From positions 23,126,001-23,190,000 of the forward strand of contig CM120642.1 of assembly GCA_051362555.1 (NCBI GenBank): 64,000 nt of DNA, in the 5' to 3' direction. The translations under genes were made by a program, and so were the position numbers. The notes under the pieces were generated by a model. It did no database searches. It saw nothing but the letters and a program-made list of their open reading frames with translations, and was not told where the DNA came from. The stretch is from Lingula anatina (lineage: Eukaryota; Animalia; Brachiopoda). This document shows positions 26,013 through 40,948 of this stretch, piece after piece (within the stretch, counting starts at the first letter, position 1; every line of letters starts with the position of its first letter).

Positions 26013-26746
26013 CGATGTAAACATTTTATCTTGCTCAAAACTCTTGAAAAGACAAGTTATTAATTGCAAGTTCAGTATAAATACATAAGATTAAGCTAGT
26101 GATAATGTGTTATATTATTTTAAGAAGATACAATATATTTTTCATGTTGATTATATTGCAGATATACATTTACAGAGCAAAAGATTACTTTATAAGATTC
26201 TTTGCTTGCTCGATTGAGTATTGAATTCAAACCATCTTATATACAATGAGGTAAAAAATTATAACCATCACACTCAGATAAGTATTTTTCAACCAAAGTA
26301 TGTTACAAAAATATTTAACTATGGATATGTTTTGATGTTACACATTACCTGTACTACTATGGTACTGTTCTAATGTACAAATTAACCTGAGATTTTAAAG
26401 GTAAAATTTTATGTGATTTAATTATCTAGAATTACTTAGGCAGATTTTGAAACTTTAGTAGAGAAACCTTCCAGAAATGCATAAATCAGAATTACTGTTT
26501 GATAAAACAATGTATTATTTTTTGTTATCGAATTCTGCCCCTAAAGCCCTTCTTAGTTACTCAGTGTCATGTTTACATCAGTAAGAAGCAGCAAAGTTCC
26601 CACTGAACTGAAAAGTTATTTTAGAAAAAAGTTACTGTGACTGGTATGTTTGCATGTTATTACGTTAGAAAAGTTTCCTTTTCACGCATTGATGAGTGAA
26701 CCAATTATCTGTTGAAAGTGTTGTTATTTATTTATTTATTTGTATG

Positions 26747-26751
<5 letters not shown>

Positions 26752-26790
<39 letters not shown>
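26752..26790. repeat. (TAT)n microsatellite
   Basis: Directly visible. Confidence 0.9.
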
Positions 26791-26792
<2 letters not shown>

Positions 26793-27639
26793 GAGAATTG
26801 ATAAATTTTCTTGCTCGATGAGTTTTGTTAGCTCTGTACCATATAGCCAGAAAATCCTGTTGTTGGCAGTATTATGATTGTGATAATTTAAAACTAGTTG
26901 AATTTCTTTGGACACAGACTATAAAGTCAGTTATGGTGTATTTTTCTTGATGCCATCAGTCAGATAATTGTGATCAGTATTATGTGGGTAATTAGTCCAT
27001 TAAATACTTATATTATTTGCATCTGGGAGTTATGAATTGGGTCTGTAGCAATTAAAATATGGAACTGTTGGCACGGATTTATCTGACATTTATCTTTTAT
27101 CTCTAACATTTGTATTTAGTGGACAACAAATATATTTGTATCATGTATTCCTGATATTACTTAATGAAAGTAATTGATTTTAATGAATAAGGATTTAATT
27201 CATCTCTACTGCCACTACTTTGCACTTGATAGGGGTATTTCATCCTTTTTGTGGGTTATATTCTTAACAAAGGTTGCCCACAAACATTTAATGACTTAAA
27301 TTATTAGTATAAGTTAACAAAACATTTTATGACATGGACATAAATATATATATACATAGCTTTATTTACTTAACACCAAATGTGTGACTTTCTTATTTTG
27401 ATTTTACTTCAATAAAAAGAGCATTCCAATAACAAAGTCTCTTGTTACGAGTATAGTGGCATAGTATTACCATAGGAAAAAAATTGAAGGGGGGGGGGGA
27501 GAAATTGGCGAAAACTATGGTTGCTGAAGTAGAGGCACAGTTTTTAAGTCGATTCGCTCGGAAAGTATTAAATTGAGAAAATGGAAGACTAAGAGAGCTG
27601 TGCTATTCTCCTAGCAACGTTATGTTGAATCCTAGGTTG

Positions 27640-28480
27640 TCCCATCTATCAGTATGTCAGCAAATCGACCTATCAATGTGTCAGCTTACCCTCATTTACC
27701 AAATATCAATTTTTCTCAGGTTTATACGAGGTCCCAAGCTGATTTAATTATTGGCACGGGCAATGCACATTTGATTGTGCCGTTTGACGAGCGCATTGAT
27801 GAATGTGGTATGTGTGAAATGAATGCAGTGCGTTCGCGTTTAGGGTTGTGTTTGAATAGGCCCAATGGAAAAACTACTAGTACATCTCTAAGTAACCGGA
27901 GGCATTTTTCTGGATGTGATAATCAAGTCGATTGGCTGTGACAGGGGTGTGGCCTCCGTGAAATCCTGGAAATGGGTTAGATCTAGAGGAGTTCGGTTTA
28001 TGTCTGAATTTAAATCTGAGTGGCCTAAAAGCAACTCGGTTATCAGTGTTGTACGTGTATCAAAGGATACAGATATCTCTGCAGACAATGCCGGTATGAC
28101 AGGAATGGAAGTCCGCTAGGAACCATATATAGTCCGTTTCCCATTACTTTGGACAGGTAACATTAGTCCCATATACTAACCCCAATACCCCAACTATCTC
28201 TAACCTGTAGCCTACTCATCATATGGGACCCAGGTTTTCCATTCCTAGGACTACCATTCCTGTCACATCCCAACACAGCTTGAACGAAAAGTACACCGGT
28301 GTTGTAGAAGAGTTAAATTCTGAAGATGAGAAGATCAGATTTTTTTTTGGCAAAGCTGTGGATGTATTATTCACCTTACTGTCGTTTGTTTAAAGCGGTC
28401 TCAAAAAGATTATCCATGGCCAGTGAGTATGTATTACTCCAGAGTCATTCGGAGTGTCACGGTATTAGGGAGAACTTTAA
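27640..28480 (+). pseudogene. Internally deleted BEL/Pao retrotransposon relic
   Basis: YPHLPNINF...DLIIG...AVRSRLGLCLNRP resembles WTHLQDIPF...GLLIG...AIQTVLGWTINGP of the intact BEL in this window. RGV...W...F..EFKSEWP resembles SRGL...W..GPAFL...DEWP, and FLAKLWMYYS resembles FLHNLIQKYSSW. Confidence 0.6.
28098..28265. mobile_element. Small MITE interrupting the BEL relic
   Basis: Inverted ends TGACAGGAATGGAAGTCCGCTAGG / CCTAGGACTACCATTCCTGTCA. Confidence 0.65.
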
Positions 28481-29149
28481 ACCGGACGATCTAGCGCCTT
28501 TGCTCGATGAAGCCATGTCGCGAGGTTATCGTGAAATAAACTAATATCGGTCGCAATGATCTAGTTATGTGTTCCACGGTGCGCACACTTACTGGTAGGC
28601 CTACATTTACAAAACTGGTAAAATTCGGAGGACACATATAATTGTAATTTTGTTACTAGAGTTGCTGACCCTTGCGGCAATGATTGATGATTCCTTAACA
28701 GTCATGTTATTATACTTGTTATCATTTTTATTACTTTAATTATTATTATTATTATTATTATAGTTATGATTTATTTTGTTTAGAAATTGTATATTTATAT
28801 ATATAATATTGAAATGTTTAGAGAGTATATATAGCAGCAAGCCTTGATACGGGTAACTAGTAACCCACAAAACATAATATTAGTAGTAGTCAAAGAAGAT
28901 TTATTGGCTATACAATTGATAAGTATATTTGCGAGCAGAGCAAATTCTTCTCCAGTGTAGAGGATGCTGCAAATATTGCTTTTTTTAAATAAGACAATCT
29001 TAATAAACACAAGAATGATACTCAATATGAACTCAAAGACAAAAAACAAATGGCAATTTTTAAATAATTTTAACGAGGCTAGTCTATGTCTGCAGTGTCT
29101 GTGTATCTCGTGAGCTGCCTCGTGGAGATAAGACCACTTGTGATTTGTG

Positions 29150-29287
29150 ATTTGTGACGAATCGGGGCTTGCCCACTCGTTTATTTCTTCAGGTTTGGTG
29201 ATAAGACCAATTGTTTGTGGGAACGTTTACGATTATCTCGCAGTATAGCTGCAATTGTGTAAGTCAATTTTTTTATTAATTTTGTAT

Positions 29288-29326
<39 letters not shown>

Positions 29327-32300
29327 TCATACTTACATGAACTAATATAAGATACTTACAGTGTTGAGTTTTTTATAAAGCATTTACTTACATTGTTATT
29401 TACTTAGGCCGATATTACGACCTTTTTTTAGTTTTCCCCCTGCATATGCGGTATAAACGCTACTATACGGAGATTAAAGTCCCGAGTTCGCACCAATAAT
29501 GTTCATGTATTATATACGTTATAAAACTGATGTCGAGAGAAGTAACGAAATTTAACCTTCAATGACCTTTCTCTAATGTCCTTTCTGCGTCCTTTGTGCG
29601 ACCATGACACTGGCCAGGTCGCCGTTGGACGCTCAATCAAAGCACAGTGATCGCTAAGATCTCACACAGAACGTTCAAGCATCGCCGAGGACGCCATGTT
29701 GAAAACAATCGCACAAAGAACGAAGTGGAGGTTGGTCGCTGCACGGTCGCTCAAGGGACGCAGGGAGGACGCACAAGCATCGCTGTGGTCGCAGAAAGAA
29801 AGCACAAGCATCGCTTGTGGCCGTAGAAAGGATGCACAAGCATCTCTTTGGTTGCAGAATGAATGCTCAATGATGGGCCATTGGTCGGCACGTAAAATAT
29901 TATTTTTGTTTCTCTCAATGGGGCCGTGGTAGGGTATTTTTCACCAGAATAAGGGAATCTGACGGTTATACGTGTAGCTACTAGTGGTCTCATACCAGCT
30001 TTCAATCAGAATTTTCTAAAATTCTTGAACCGATCCATTTTTTGAGGTAATTATGGAAGGAATATTTTGCCTTTTTTAAAAAATGCAGCTCTTGTCGCAG
30101 TTTTTGCTGTATACGTCTGTTACGGCTCTCTTCTGATCCTCAAATCAAATTCGGTCGCTTGGAACGGAGCCTATTGTAAACAGTTTAGAAACAAGGGACC
30201 GAATCTGATTTGAAGACCAGAAGAGAGCCGTAACATACGTCTGTGGAAAACGGATTCAAACATCCTGTGTTGTATCAGTTAGCCTTTCTCGTCTTCAGCG
30301 CCTGTCCATCTTTCTTATAAAGACAACAATGATAATCTGGCTTATTATCAGTCCATGGGACAACTGACGCAGTTTTAAGTGTCCACTGAGCGTCCTGACA
30401 ACATTTTTGACGTAGAAGGGACGCAGAAAGGACGCCGTCCAGTGTAAATGGGGACTTTTATTACCACCAGGTGGATCAGAGTCAAGGCTTACTCGATCAA
30501 CGGGCACACCTCCCACATATATGGGTCAAATTGATTACGTGTTCCAAATGTTCCACTTTTTTTCCAGAATGGATCCTACTGTTTTACTGTAACTGTATGA
30601 AAACGATTATAATGTCTTCTCTGGGTTATTCCACAAGCAAGTGAATATTTGATTAGTGTCAGTGACGCACACATTTTGTGTAATATTTTCATAACTCTTT
30701 TATATCATTCTTTAAGCACTGTAGATTTTGTTCTATTTTGGATTATGCATAATTATAAAGATTATATTATAATAAATGTGCAAAATATTATACAAAATGA
30801 TTGAGTCACTGGCGTTGCTCAAGTGTTCAATTTTTGTTGGAATGACCCACTGTATGATATAAAACTACTGAGTACAATAACACGACTGTATAATACATGT
30901 ACTAGCGCATAGTTGAACAACGCGCACTTATCCGCATAGGCGAAATATGTGAATGAATACCTTATTTGTCAACGTATTAGGGTGACAACAGTCCTGATTG
31001 CCCCGTCACCTGAAAAGTAAAGTTCAGAAATGATAAACTCTATTTTCTGTCCTTTTATTATTTATATTCTTCGGTTATCTTTACCGCCATGTCAGCATGG
31101 GTTTTCTGGAAATAACCGCTTCACGTTGGATTAAGATAATATAATCTCGCAACATATGACAGAAAACGTCATGCAATGTAGCCACAGTGGGACAGTGTTA
31201 TAAGATAATAACGGAAATATATCACTAAATATATCGCGTCATGTGACATAGGCCATGTACGGTCCTCGATCAAAGTTGATTTGATTCCTTGAACTATTAG
31301 TGTTCAGATTATCAGTGGCACTGCAGCCTACACTATAGGTAAGTGCACTACAGGTAAGTGTACGTGACCAATTACAAAACTTTTTGCATCGGCAATTAAG
31401 TATGGATATGTAAATTACAGATTGTTTTTCTACGCTGAATACACTTATAAGGTAAAAAAGAATATCGAACATAAACTATTCAAAGTTAAATGCCTAAGCT
31501 TGAATGGAAACTGCATAAGTAAGTTCAGTACATATATGCTTTATTTCATGGGCAGATTTGGGACAAAGAAAGCCAAGGTATGTAATTATTTGGGTAACAT
31601 TATAATTTCAAGTGTACTGAGTGTGAAGAGAAAAATGTCAGGGTTATCAGAGCTCAACGCCCTTCGAAACCATGGCAAATTTAAATATGATTTACTGTCT
31701 ATTATTGTCAAAACAACTTTTGAATAAAAGAATATGTCTCAAACTGTGCCATTAAGAATATTAATATAGAATTATGTGGATTCTAGTAACGAAGAGTGCG
31801 TCTTTTCTGTCGGCCACGAAATCACAATGTCGGCATCAGCTAGCGCGTCATTTCCAGTTGAACATCCAGAGTAAGTACTCAAATGAAGAAGAACACGCAA
31901 AGATACATTAATACTTAGAGCGTTCTTAGTAAAGAATATAGTTTACCTGTCGTACTGTATTTGTTTGCTCGTTTGCAATGCTTCGGTATCAATATGTTAT
32001 CAACGTGTCTTGATGCAGGGGGCGTGTGGTGGGTAGTTCATTTTCGCATAAGGTCCTTGCGTTTGGTGTAAGGTGCACCAATTAACCCGTAGAAAGAACC
32101 CGGGTGTCTAGAAAGCACACACAAAATCATGGGAAGTTTGAATTCCGCCTGTATTTCATGACACAGCCAACAGCGACTCATTCAATTACCATGGAGAGGA
32201 CCCTATTAAAGCACATACAGTACGTTAATGTTAATATGTTAAATTAAGATTCCCATGAAATATAAAGTGATGAATTTGCACAATTAAAAAACACCAGATT

Positions 32301-33895
32301 TTCTGCACGTCACAGAAATAGTCTCCAGTGCCCCATATCCGCGAGAGGTTAAAAAGCATTCCTAGCCGTATGACAATAGATCAGTTGACCAGTCCGTCCA
32401 CTTAGTGAAAGGTCTCAGGTTGAGATCGCAATGCCAGTCAGTTACTTAATATTAGTTCCAGTTTCAGAGCTATTCATATTTCTCATTCTTTTTCTACTGG
32501 ATGACAAACAATATTTGCTCAAAGTTATAAGAAATTACATGCAATTAATGTAAGGGACGAGCATGGGTCTTACACATACATGTAACTTGACGATAGGCAA
32601 CTACTTCCACCGGGTATCTTACCTGCGTTGTTCATTAAATACTGATAAGTCTAGAACCAGTGCAATCTGGTCTTAAGTCACGGGCATCAATCTGGTGATA
32701 CGCCCCCCACTCCCCTCGTTATCTCATTTAATCCACCTATCCCTCCTTTAAGATTCATCACGTTGGTTTTATGTTAGGTCATAAATAATTTTTTCCACAG
32801 AATATTTTTATTGCACTGACATATATTTAAGCTACCAGATACTGCTTAAAGTAACAGTAGATAAGTTTAAACAAGGAAGTAGATCATTCACATATATTTC
32901 TCTGGTTGTTTCTCTGCACTTTTCAGTGCTGTTAGAAATTTTAGAAAATAAAAGAGAATAAATAAAATGATGTCATCGCCCGGTTGGTCAATGGTAGAGA
33001 GAAGAAAGTCTGCAAATGTCAATGAATGGCGGGCAGAATTAGGGGGGACCCTGTTTACATAGATATTGTAGTATGACTCAGAGTTACGTCAGAATCTTAG
33101 GAATTTGCGCGCAAACATAATTTTGAAAGAGGGATTTTTATTTTAAAACGGAAGAGTAAGAGGGTACACTGTATTTGGATCAAAGCAGCAGCGACTCTGT
33201 AAGAATGCTGTCAAGCAGGTCAATAAATCATCGATTTAATATCCTTAATATTCAACAATTTGCCAATCGCGGGCATTTCTGACATGTTTTGTATTTCAAG
33301 CGACGCTGTCCCTCCTACAGAACCGCTGAAGACTAGTTACATCCATGCCACCAGTAGGCTCCCGTTATTGGCGACCACCATCGGATCTCTGTTGACGGAG
33401 GCCGCCGCGGCTGACCCAGACCACGTACCACTCATCTACCCAGAATACAACCAGCACCTGTCATACAGGGAATGGCTGCAACAGGTGAGGAGAAAGAAGA
33501 GCGAAATTTGTGGATAGGTAAAACGATGTAAAGCTAATAAGGCACCAGCTGTATGGTTACACGTACCACGGATCCTTGACACGGTCCATGCACGGATATC
33601 GTTGACTAAAGGTGATTTTTTCCAACATTTTTCTTAAATAGGGACACAATGAAATTTGCCTGTGGTGTGATTTGATAGCTTGGACTGTTTTCCCAACTCC
33701 CTAATTAACAGGCAATTTTTCCATTTTTATCTTCGATTTCAAATGCAGTGTTTATTCTAGAGCGATCGGCTGGCTAAGGGTTTCCTAGCTTTGGGCTGTG
33801 CTAAGGGAGACAGGGTTACCATAGTGGCGTTTCCGGACAAGACATTTCCAATTGCAGTGTTTGCAGCGACCTCTATAGGAATGATTTGTCACGCG
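29150..33895 (+). repeat. Tandem segmental duplication, copy 1 (upstream region plus first ACSF2-like exons)
   Basis: Colinear and highly similar to 50175-58217 apart from insertions and deletions. Shared start ATTTGTGACGA..CGGGGCTTGCCCACT. Confidence 0.92.
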
Positions 33896-36800
33896 GTAAT
33901 TCATCGTCTGCGTTCCCATAACCCAATCGTACTACCAGGATCGATCTTTCTCAGCGGGATTCTCCCTAAGCCACAGACAATGTTGTCTGTGGCACGCTTA
34001 CCTCGCAAAGCATTATGAACAACATTGTGGACCACAAAGATTTCCCGACTTTATCCAAGTACTTAAGTTACGAGGGGGCGTGCCAGACATTAAAGCCACT
34101 TAAACTGAATACAATTTAGAGAGAATCCCCGAGGAGTTGGATCGATCCAGCTAGTACAATAGGGTTATGGGAATGGTTCCTTTGATTCTTTTTTTCTTCA
34201 CTATTGCCTATCGTTTCGTCATATATCATATGACAAATGTGACTTCAATTTTCTGTTGTGTTCGTCTTCAATTTTACTTTTAAATAAGAGGTTGAAATGT
34301 TAGTTAAAGCATGTGTAGTCTTCTTTAATATCACGATGCACTTATAATTAAACGTCAAATGAAAGTCCTTATTTTGATAGCAAATTGTGTATATTTTCAT
34401 TTGTTGTCAATATTTATTTTATTTATTTCGACTTGCAGCAAGCCTATTTGTTTGAACCGAGATCAAAACATCTTGAAATGCTCGTTAACAAGGTATGCTA
34501 CATTAGTTATATTGATAGACAAAATATTTGCGAATATTAAAACTTTATGAAATTATATCAAAACAAACATGGAAATAACTCAAGCATTAAATCAAATATA
34601 ATATGAAATCTTATCTAGAAATAAGTAACTATATATTTTACAAACAAAGGCTTAAACCTATTCTGTTTGCATCAACCCCTCAGTTAGGGACCATTCCCAC
34701 AGATATTTGGATCGATCTATCTCCCTGGGGAGTCTCACTAAATTACTGTCAACTTGACCGGCTTAAATGTCTGTCACGTCTAGTAAAGTTGTTAGGGGGT
34801 ATTATCTTTACCCTCTAGCTTATTCGGTAGGCGTGACAACACTTAAGCCGGTTAGTTGACAGCAATCTATTGAGACTCAACAGGGAGCAAGATCGATCCA
34901 GATGGATCGATCTAGGCATGGAAACCCAGTCTTAGTGTTTTCATTTTCAAATCTCCATACGTGCACATTTAACGGGTCCTTACCTTGTTTCCCGCGAATT
35001 ACAATATACCATCTAATCATCCAACTGCTGTGCCTTACAAACAGGGGACGTAACGTAGTATTTGACCTGTACAACTGGGTCCAATTTTGGGTAATATCAC
35101 ATCATAACATTTAATATTCACGCTCGTGTTGCAAACAATGACCAAAGATCATGGCATTCCGAGGAATTTGTACATGTATTACTTGTGTTCAAAGGTTTCT
35201 ACCATCCATCGTGTTCGGTACTAAGTTTTGGAAATTAACTAATATAATTAATTATTCTTGTAATCCCCATATTGATTATAATAGAGAGATATATCTTGGG
35301 TCAAATGATAGCCAAACATGATCAACACACATGTGAGAATTTGAAAATGAAGAAGTTAGCCCTCATCGGGACTGATTCTCAAATTTTTTTTCGCCTTCTA
35401 GGCCAAAATCAGTGTCATGTTGTTATTCCCTGGGATAAACGATGTTAATGTAAAAGCTTTGAAAGAAATCCTTCCTGACTTGGACAAGTGTGTGGGGCGG
35501 AATATCACATCTGAAAGGTATCTTAACGATATTAAAATGGTACATGTAGGCAATTAGCATTTGATTCTTATATACCATTTACTTCTGAAAATGGTCAAAG
35601 TCATATTTCCATGTCTAAATACCCTACAAAGATACTCATTTGTCCTTATTCAGACCTTAAAGTCGATAAAATCCCACGAGTAAAAGTATCTGATGACGAT
35701 ATTTCCTTCTAATACTTCAGCAAGATCATGGCGGTCTGAATGAGTCATTATTCTTCTAGGACTTAGATTCAATTGAAATTCTCTAAAACATTGAATTGCA
35801 GCTCAGCGATGATTTGGGAGTAGGAGCAAATTTTTTTTTTTTGAGTAAAATTAGAGCAAAAATCCCGTTTAGGTAACCTTAAAAAATAAGAAAGTGGCAA
35901 ATGTAAAATAACTCAATCACAATGTTGAAATAAGCCAATTGTATCTACAGTATCTGAATTTTTTTTCACTTATCAAAAGAATCCATTCCTTGCTGTTATG
36001 AACACAAAATGCACACTATCAGTACTATATCATATGTGACCCGAAAATGAATAAAAAATACAAGTGACACAACCCAACGGTTGTCATGAAATAAAATAAT
36101 TGTAATAGGGACTTTATTCGTTAACAATATAGAGTCTTGTCTTGAACAATTAATCAAAAAAGTTTGTTTTGTTTTTCAGTTTACCGACCTTACGCCACGT
36201 GGTCATAGGTGATGGAAGGGTGACCGGGTAAGTTTTGGTGGAAACTAACTCGAATATTTAACAGAAAATATGTAGTTTTGAGTCAATTAACAAACGCATC
36301 GTGAGTGTTGTATAATGTTACCTACAATATTCAGCTTTGTGTCAAAGATTCCAATATATACTGTAGGTGCATGTTGACAGAAGGCACAAAACGCCCTTTT
36401 ATAAGGTCAGTCATGTATACCGTAACAGATACATGCTTGTTTATAGTTAAACATCTCAGTTATTTACCCGTATGTATATTCATTTAGTCTCCAGAGTCCT
36501 AGAACTATCCTCTAACCCTTTTTTCTAATTTCAAGGCATTGATATTGGCTGTTAAAGGCCTACAATATATGTAAGCAGGTTATGTGTACCGCTTGTGACA
36601 CTTAAAATGCTGACTGTAGAAAAAGCAAGAGACTGGTAATAGGCTGCGAGAAAGGGAAAGGCTAAGCCCCCCCCCCCCCCCCCCCCTCTAAAAAAACAAA
36701 ACAAAAAAACAATGTTTCCAAAATTTCTGGTGGGGTGGGGTTGGCAATTACAGCCTACAACCTACAGCCTCGTACTTAGAATGTACCGGTAAGGTGTGTA

Positions 36801-39800
36801 TATTGTAGGTTGACTATTGAGAGTCTGTGTACCCTGGGGGAGAGTATCAGCGACCAGACGCTGAGAGAAGCCAAGGATAAAGTTACCATGGACGACATCA
36901 GCTATGCATTCTGCACTACGGTATGTAACCGCGTTCATTTACAGTCTATGACAGGGTTCCCATAAACCTATCGTATTAGCAGGAGCGATCTAACTCCCAG
37001 GGGATTCTAGCTTAATTGCATGCAGTTGAAGCTGCTTAAATGTCTGTCACGCCCACTGAAGCTGCTAGGGGGATAATTAACTTTCCTGAAAGTGTACACA
37101 ATTCAGTGAGAATCCCCTCCGGGATAGATCGATCCTGCTAGTACGATAGGATTATAAGAATGGTCCCTATATAGGCCAATATGTATGTGTGTCAGTGGAT
37201 GCATTTCTTTTTGCAAGCGGAGTGCAGTTATTACAGAGATTAGATATTGTTTTTATTACTTACGTAAATTTGTTGTAAAGGGCTTTGATAACCTACACGG
37301 GGTAAAAACAAGTTTAGGATTACAACAATCTGTATCTGCCTGACCTAAAAAGCTGTTCTACCAAACAGGCGATTCCACCATAATTAGTCTACCATGATTC
37401 AACCGAGAAGATTAAACTTTTGGCCTTTATTGAGCAAAACAAGCTGCACTGTGTTTATATTCTAGGGCAGCACTGGATCTCCGAAGACAGGCCTTATTAC
37501 CCACCACAGCACCGTAAATTCGATGAAATATACATATATGAGAAATGGAATCGGAGCTCAGGTGAGGCACGAAGTAAAATGGAACAGAGAGGTGAAGATA
37601 ATACATCCACCCCCCCCCCCCCCGACCCCGCCAAAATTTTAAAACTTTCCTATAGTGTTCCTGTTGCTTCAGATATGAAAAGTGCGCAATAGAGGTAATA
37701 TTTCCAACTCTGTGCTACAGTAATAAGCCCCCCTCTTCATTTCAACCTTTTTTCCGCCGGTAATTTGACTTTTGTAACTGGAATAAATTTAATCAAAGCC
37801 TAACACAAGTATTATTTTAATATTAAAATATTTGATAAAATAGCTCTAAAATTTTACAAAAGCGCGAAGTGTAATTACTTTAATAAAGACAGTGTCCAGA
37901 TACGTGCTTTGATATGCTCACATTATATGGATGACATGGCTTCAAGTCAGACGCAACCGATCTCTTAACTCCCCCTTTGCACTGGACGGCGTCCTTTCTG
38001 TAGTACATGTACGACCCGTTTAAGAGTAAAAAATAGTTTACCGGTATGTGCCCACAACTGGTCGATTATTAACCATTCATTCTGCAACCAAACCAATGCT
38101 GGTGCCTCCTTTCTACGACCACAGCAATGGCAGATTCATGGACGCACATGGACGCAGAAAGGATCGCCGTCCAGTATAAAGGGGATTTTAGACAGTACTT
38201 GTGAATGAGTAAGCTACAAAATTACACGTTCCGTATGCCTTTCACAGCACGCAGTTGTAGGGCTCATGAGCAGCGCAGTAGACGACATCCAGATTGACTG
38301 CGTCGTGTGGGCGGTGAGGGATTATAAGATCCGCCCCAAAGCAGTAGTGTTTCCGTCCACGCTTTGGAACGCTTACTACGACCAACTTGGGCTCACGGAA
38401 GAGGAGGGTTGGGGTGTAGAAGATCTACTCAGGACGATACAAGATTACAAGTAAGTAGGTCTGGGTTACTGATATTATGCTCTCTCGAACAGTCATACCA
38501 TCCAACCATCTCATCTTTTTTTCTAATCTAGTTTTATCCTTTTCACTAATTCACGTATTGTTATTTGTTTTAACTGATAACATTTTTTTCTTCTCCTTTA
38601 TAGCTTCATCTGCTGATGTTTCTTTTAAGTAGCAGATGGGGCTTACAAAGGAACCGTGCACTAAATATTGTCGATACTTTTTACATGGTCCTTATAGTCA
38701 TGTTGCTTATCTTAAACTTTATTTGAAAAATGCCGATGGATGTATGATTGAAATTATGTTTTTTTATTTTCTTATTTCTGTTGTGTTGTGTATATTATTA
38801 ACAATATTAGATTTCACTTTCTTTTTGGTTTACGTTTTAAGAATTACGCATGCCGATGTTTACCCGCAGTTTTGGGCAAAAATTTTGGAACGCCCTGAAT
38901 TATTGAAGAAGTATGATATATCGTCGCTAAATCGAGGTACTTATCTAATTCTCTGTGTCGTAAGAAACAAGTTAGTGTGAAAAAATTATTTTCAGATGCG
39001 TTTAATTTTGTTTAAGTAACAATATACATGTAGATGTGCTACCTTGGGAATGTGCATTCTCAAAAGTCGTGAATTTATTAAAAAAAGACGAGTCCCGTAC
39101 TTGCACGTGCACATTAAGCAGATACATTCGGGCACGGGCGTTGATTTTAACCCATCAAAGCGAATTTTTTCTCCCAATCGCCGTCCTTCTGTGCCCCCAA
39201 TAGCCCAATCCCTCCCCCACACGCACACACAAAGAAAGAAAAAACTAAAATGTAAAAAAAATTACAATGCCTTGACACAACAATGCAATGTTAGTCAGAA
39301 TAAATCGTAAATTTGTTTTTATATGTACTGTTAGATTTTTGTATACACTGCTAGATGTGGTGATTATCTTCATTCACATTTGAAAGGTAACACTTTTTAG
39401 TAATATAACCTCAAATGTTTTTTCTGTTAATATAGGCACCTGGACTGGCACGTACTTGAGCGAGAATTTACAGAAACAAATGTCACAGTTAATCCCAGAA
39501 TTTACGGTACATGCATGTTGTAAAACTTTTATTTATTTTCGAATTGTCCATTTTCTTTATATTTGACCAATACAGGCCACAGAAACGATAATTACTCCAT
39601 GTAATCGCAGTTTTAGTTGTTAATTTGCAATCACAAATCCGCGGCTCGAACGCACAAAAGGCAATTTCGTCTATAAAAACGGCGGCTAGGGGCGGATCCA
39701 GATATATTTTCTGACAGTCTTCCACATTATCTATGTTGATCCATCCTCCATTTTTCGACCGTCTTCAGACAGAAAAAAATTAGATACCCATCAATGTAAA

Positions 39801-40905
39801 CTGTCCGTCTTCCGGAAGTATGGATAAATAGACAATTTTCTTTTAAGACAACTTGAACCAGTGTATGTACATATGCAGTGTATATATGTTTATCTTATTT
39901 TTCTGTTAATTTTAGTTAACAATATTTCTTGTTACGTTCCAGAATGGTTTGGGCCTGTCAGAAGTGTATTACGTTTCAATGACTTACCCTCGTGACTCTG
40001 ACCCTAGCCATAGATTTGGATCTATGGGCTTTCCCATTGGGCATACTGAGGTAAAATATGCTATATCTAACTTTTTATATTACATAGGTATTAATGAATG
40101 TGTGATTTTTCAAAACGAATGTCCCTTGATTGCATTTTGTATACAGTTCATGTCATCTAAACAAGTGACCATGTACTTGCAAGTTATTTACTTCGAACCT
40201 TAAAATATGAAATGCGAAAAGGAACAAAAAAAGATATTGCTTTGTCTTATTCGTATTTTCACCATATCTTTATTAAATGTGCAAATGTTTTCCATTCATG
40301 CAATTCCCTGGCTCATTACTTTGTTACAATTGGCTCCCATATTTGAAAGGTACTATCATTTTGGTATTTATTGGACTTTTTTCAAGAGGAATTAAAATAA
40401 CTACTCAAAATGTCCATGAGTTCACAGCTGTTAATACTGTTCACATCTACTGGAGGTTCTTAACACCATACCCTATACACCGCCAGCTTTTATCTTCCAC
40501 ATTTAAAAAACCTCTGTGCTTATGGAATGTTTCAGTTGATTTATTTATAAATAAGGATTTGTTTTCTTATTATTAGTTTTAAATGAAATCTTTAGATTTA
40601 CATGTGATTATGTTTGCTGAGGCGTATGTGTAGCGCGGATTTAAAAATCGATTATTAGTTTTACTCTTATTTTTTATATATAGGTGAAAATAGTGGACGA
40701 AGCCAATGAGAATATTGTTCCAATTGGGACAGTTGGTGAAATTTACGTACGTAGCTTTGCCGTGCTGCTTCGATATGACGATGAAGAGCAGACAAAAAAG
40801 GCAAAAACACCAAGTGGCTGGTATAAGACAGGGTGAGTGGGTTTGTTCAGGTACACGAGAACAGTTTGAACTGATATGAATCGCTTCCCTGCCCCTCTAA
40901 CTCAA

Positions 40906-40948
<43 letters not shown>

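Noticed and set aside
35045-35090. AG/GT-bounded segment as an extra ACSF2 exon
   Set aside because: Its phase is incompatible with the flanking exons, which already join in frame.
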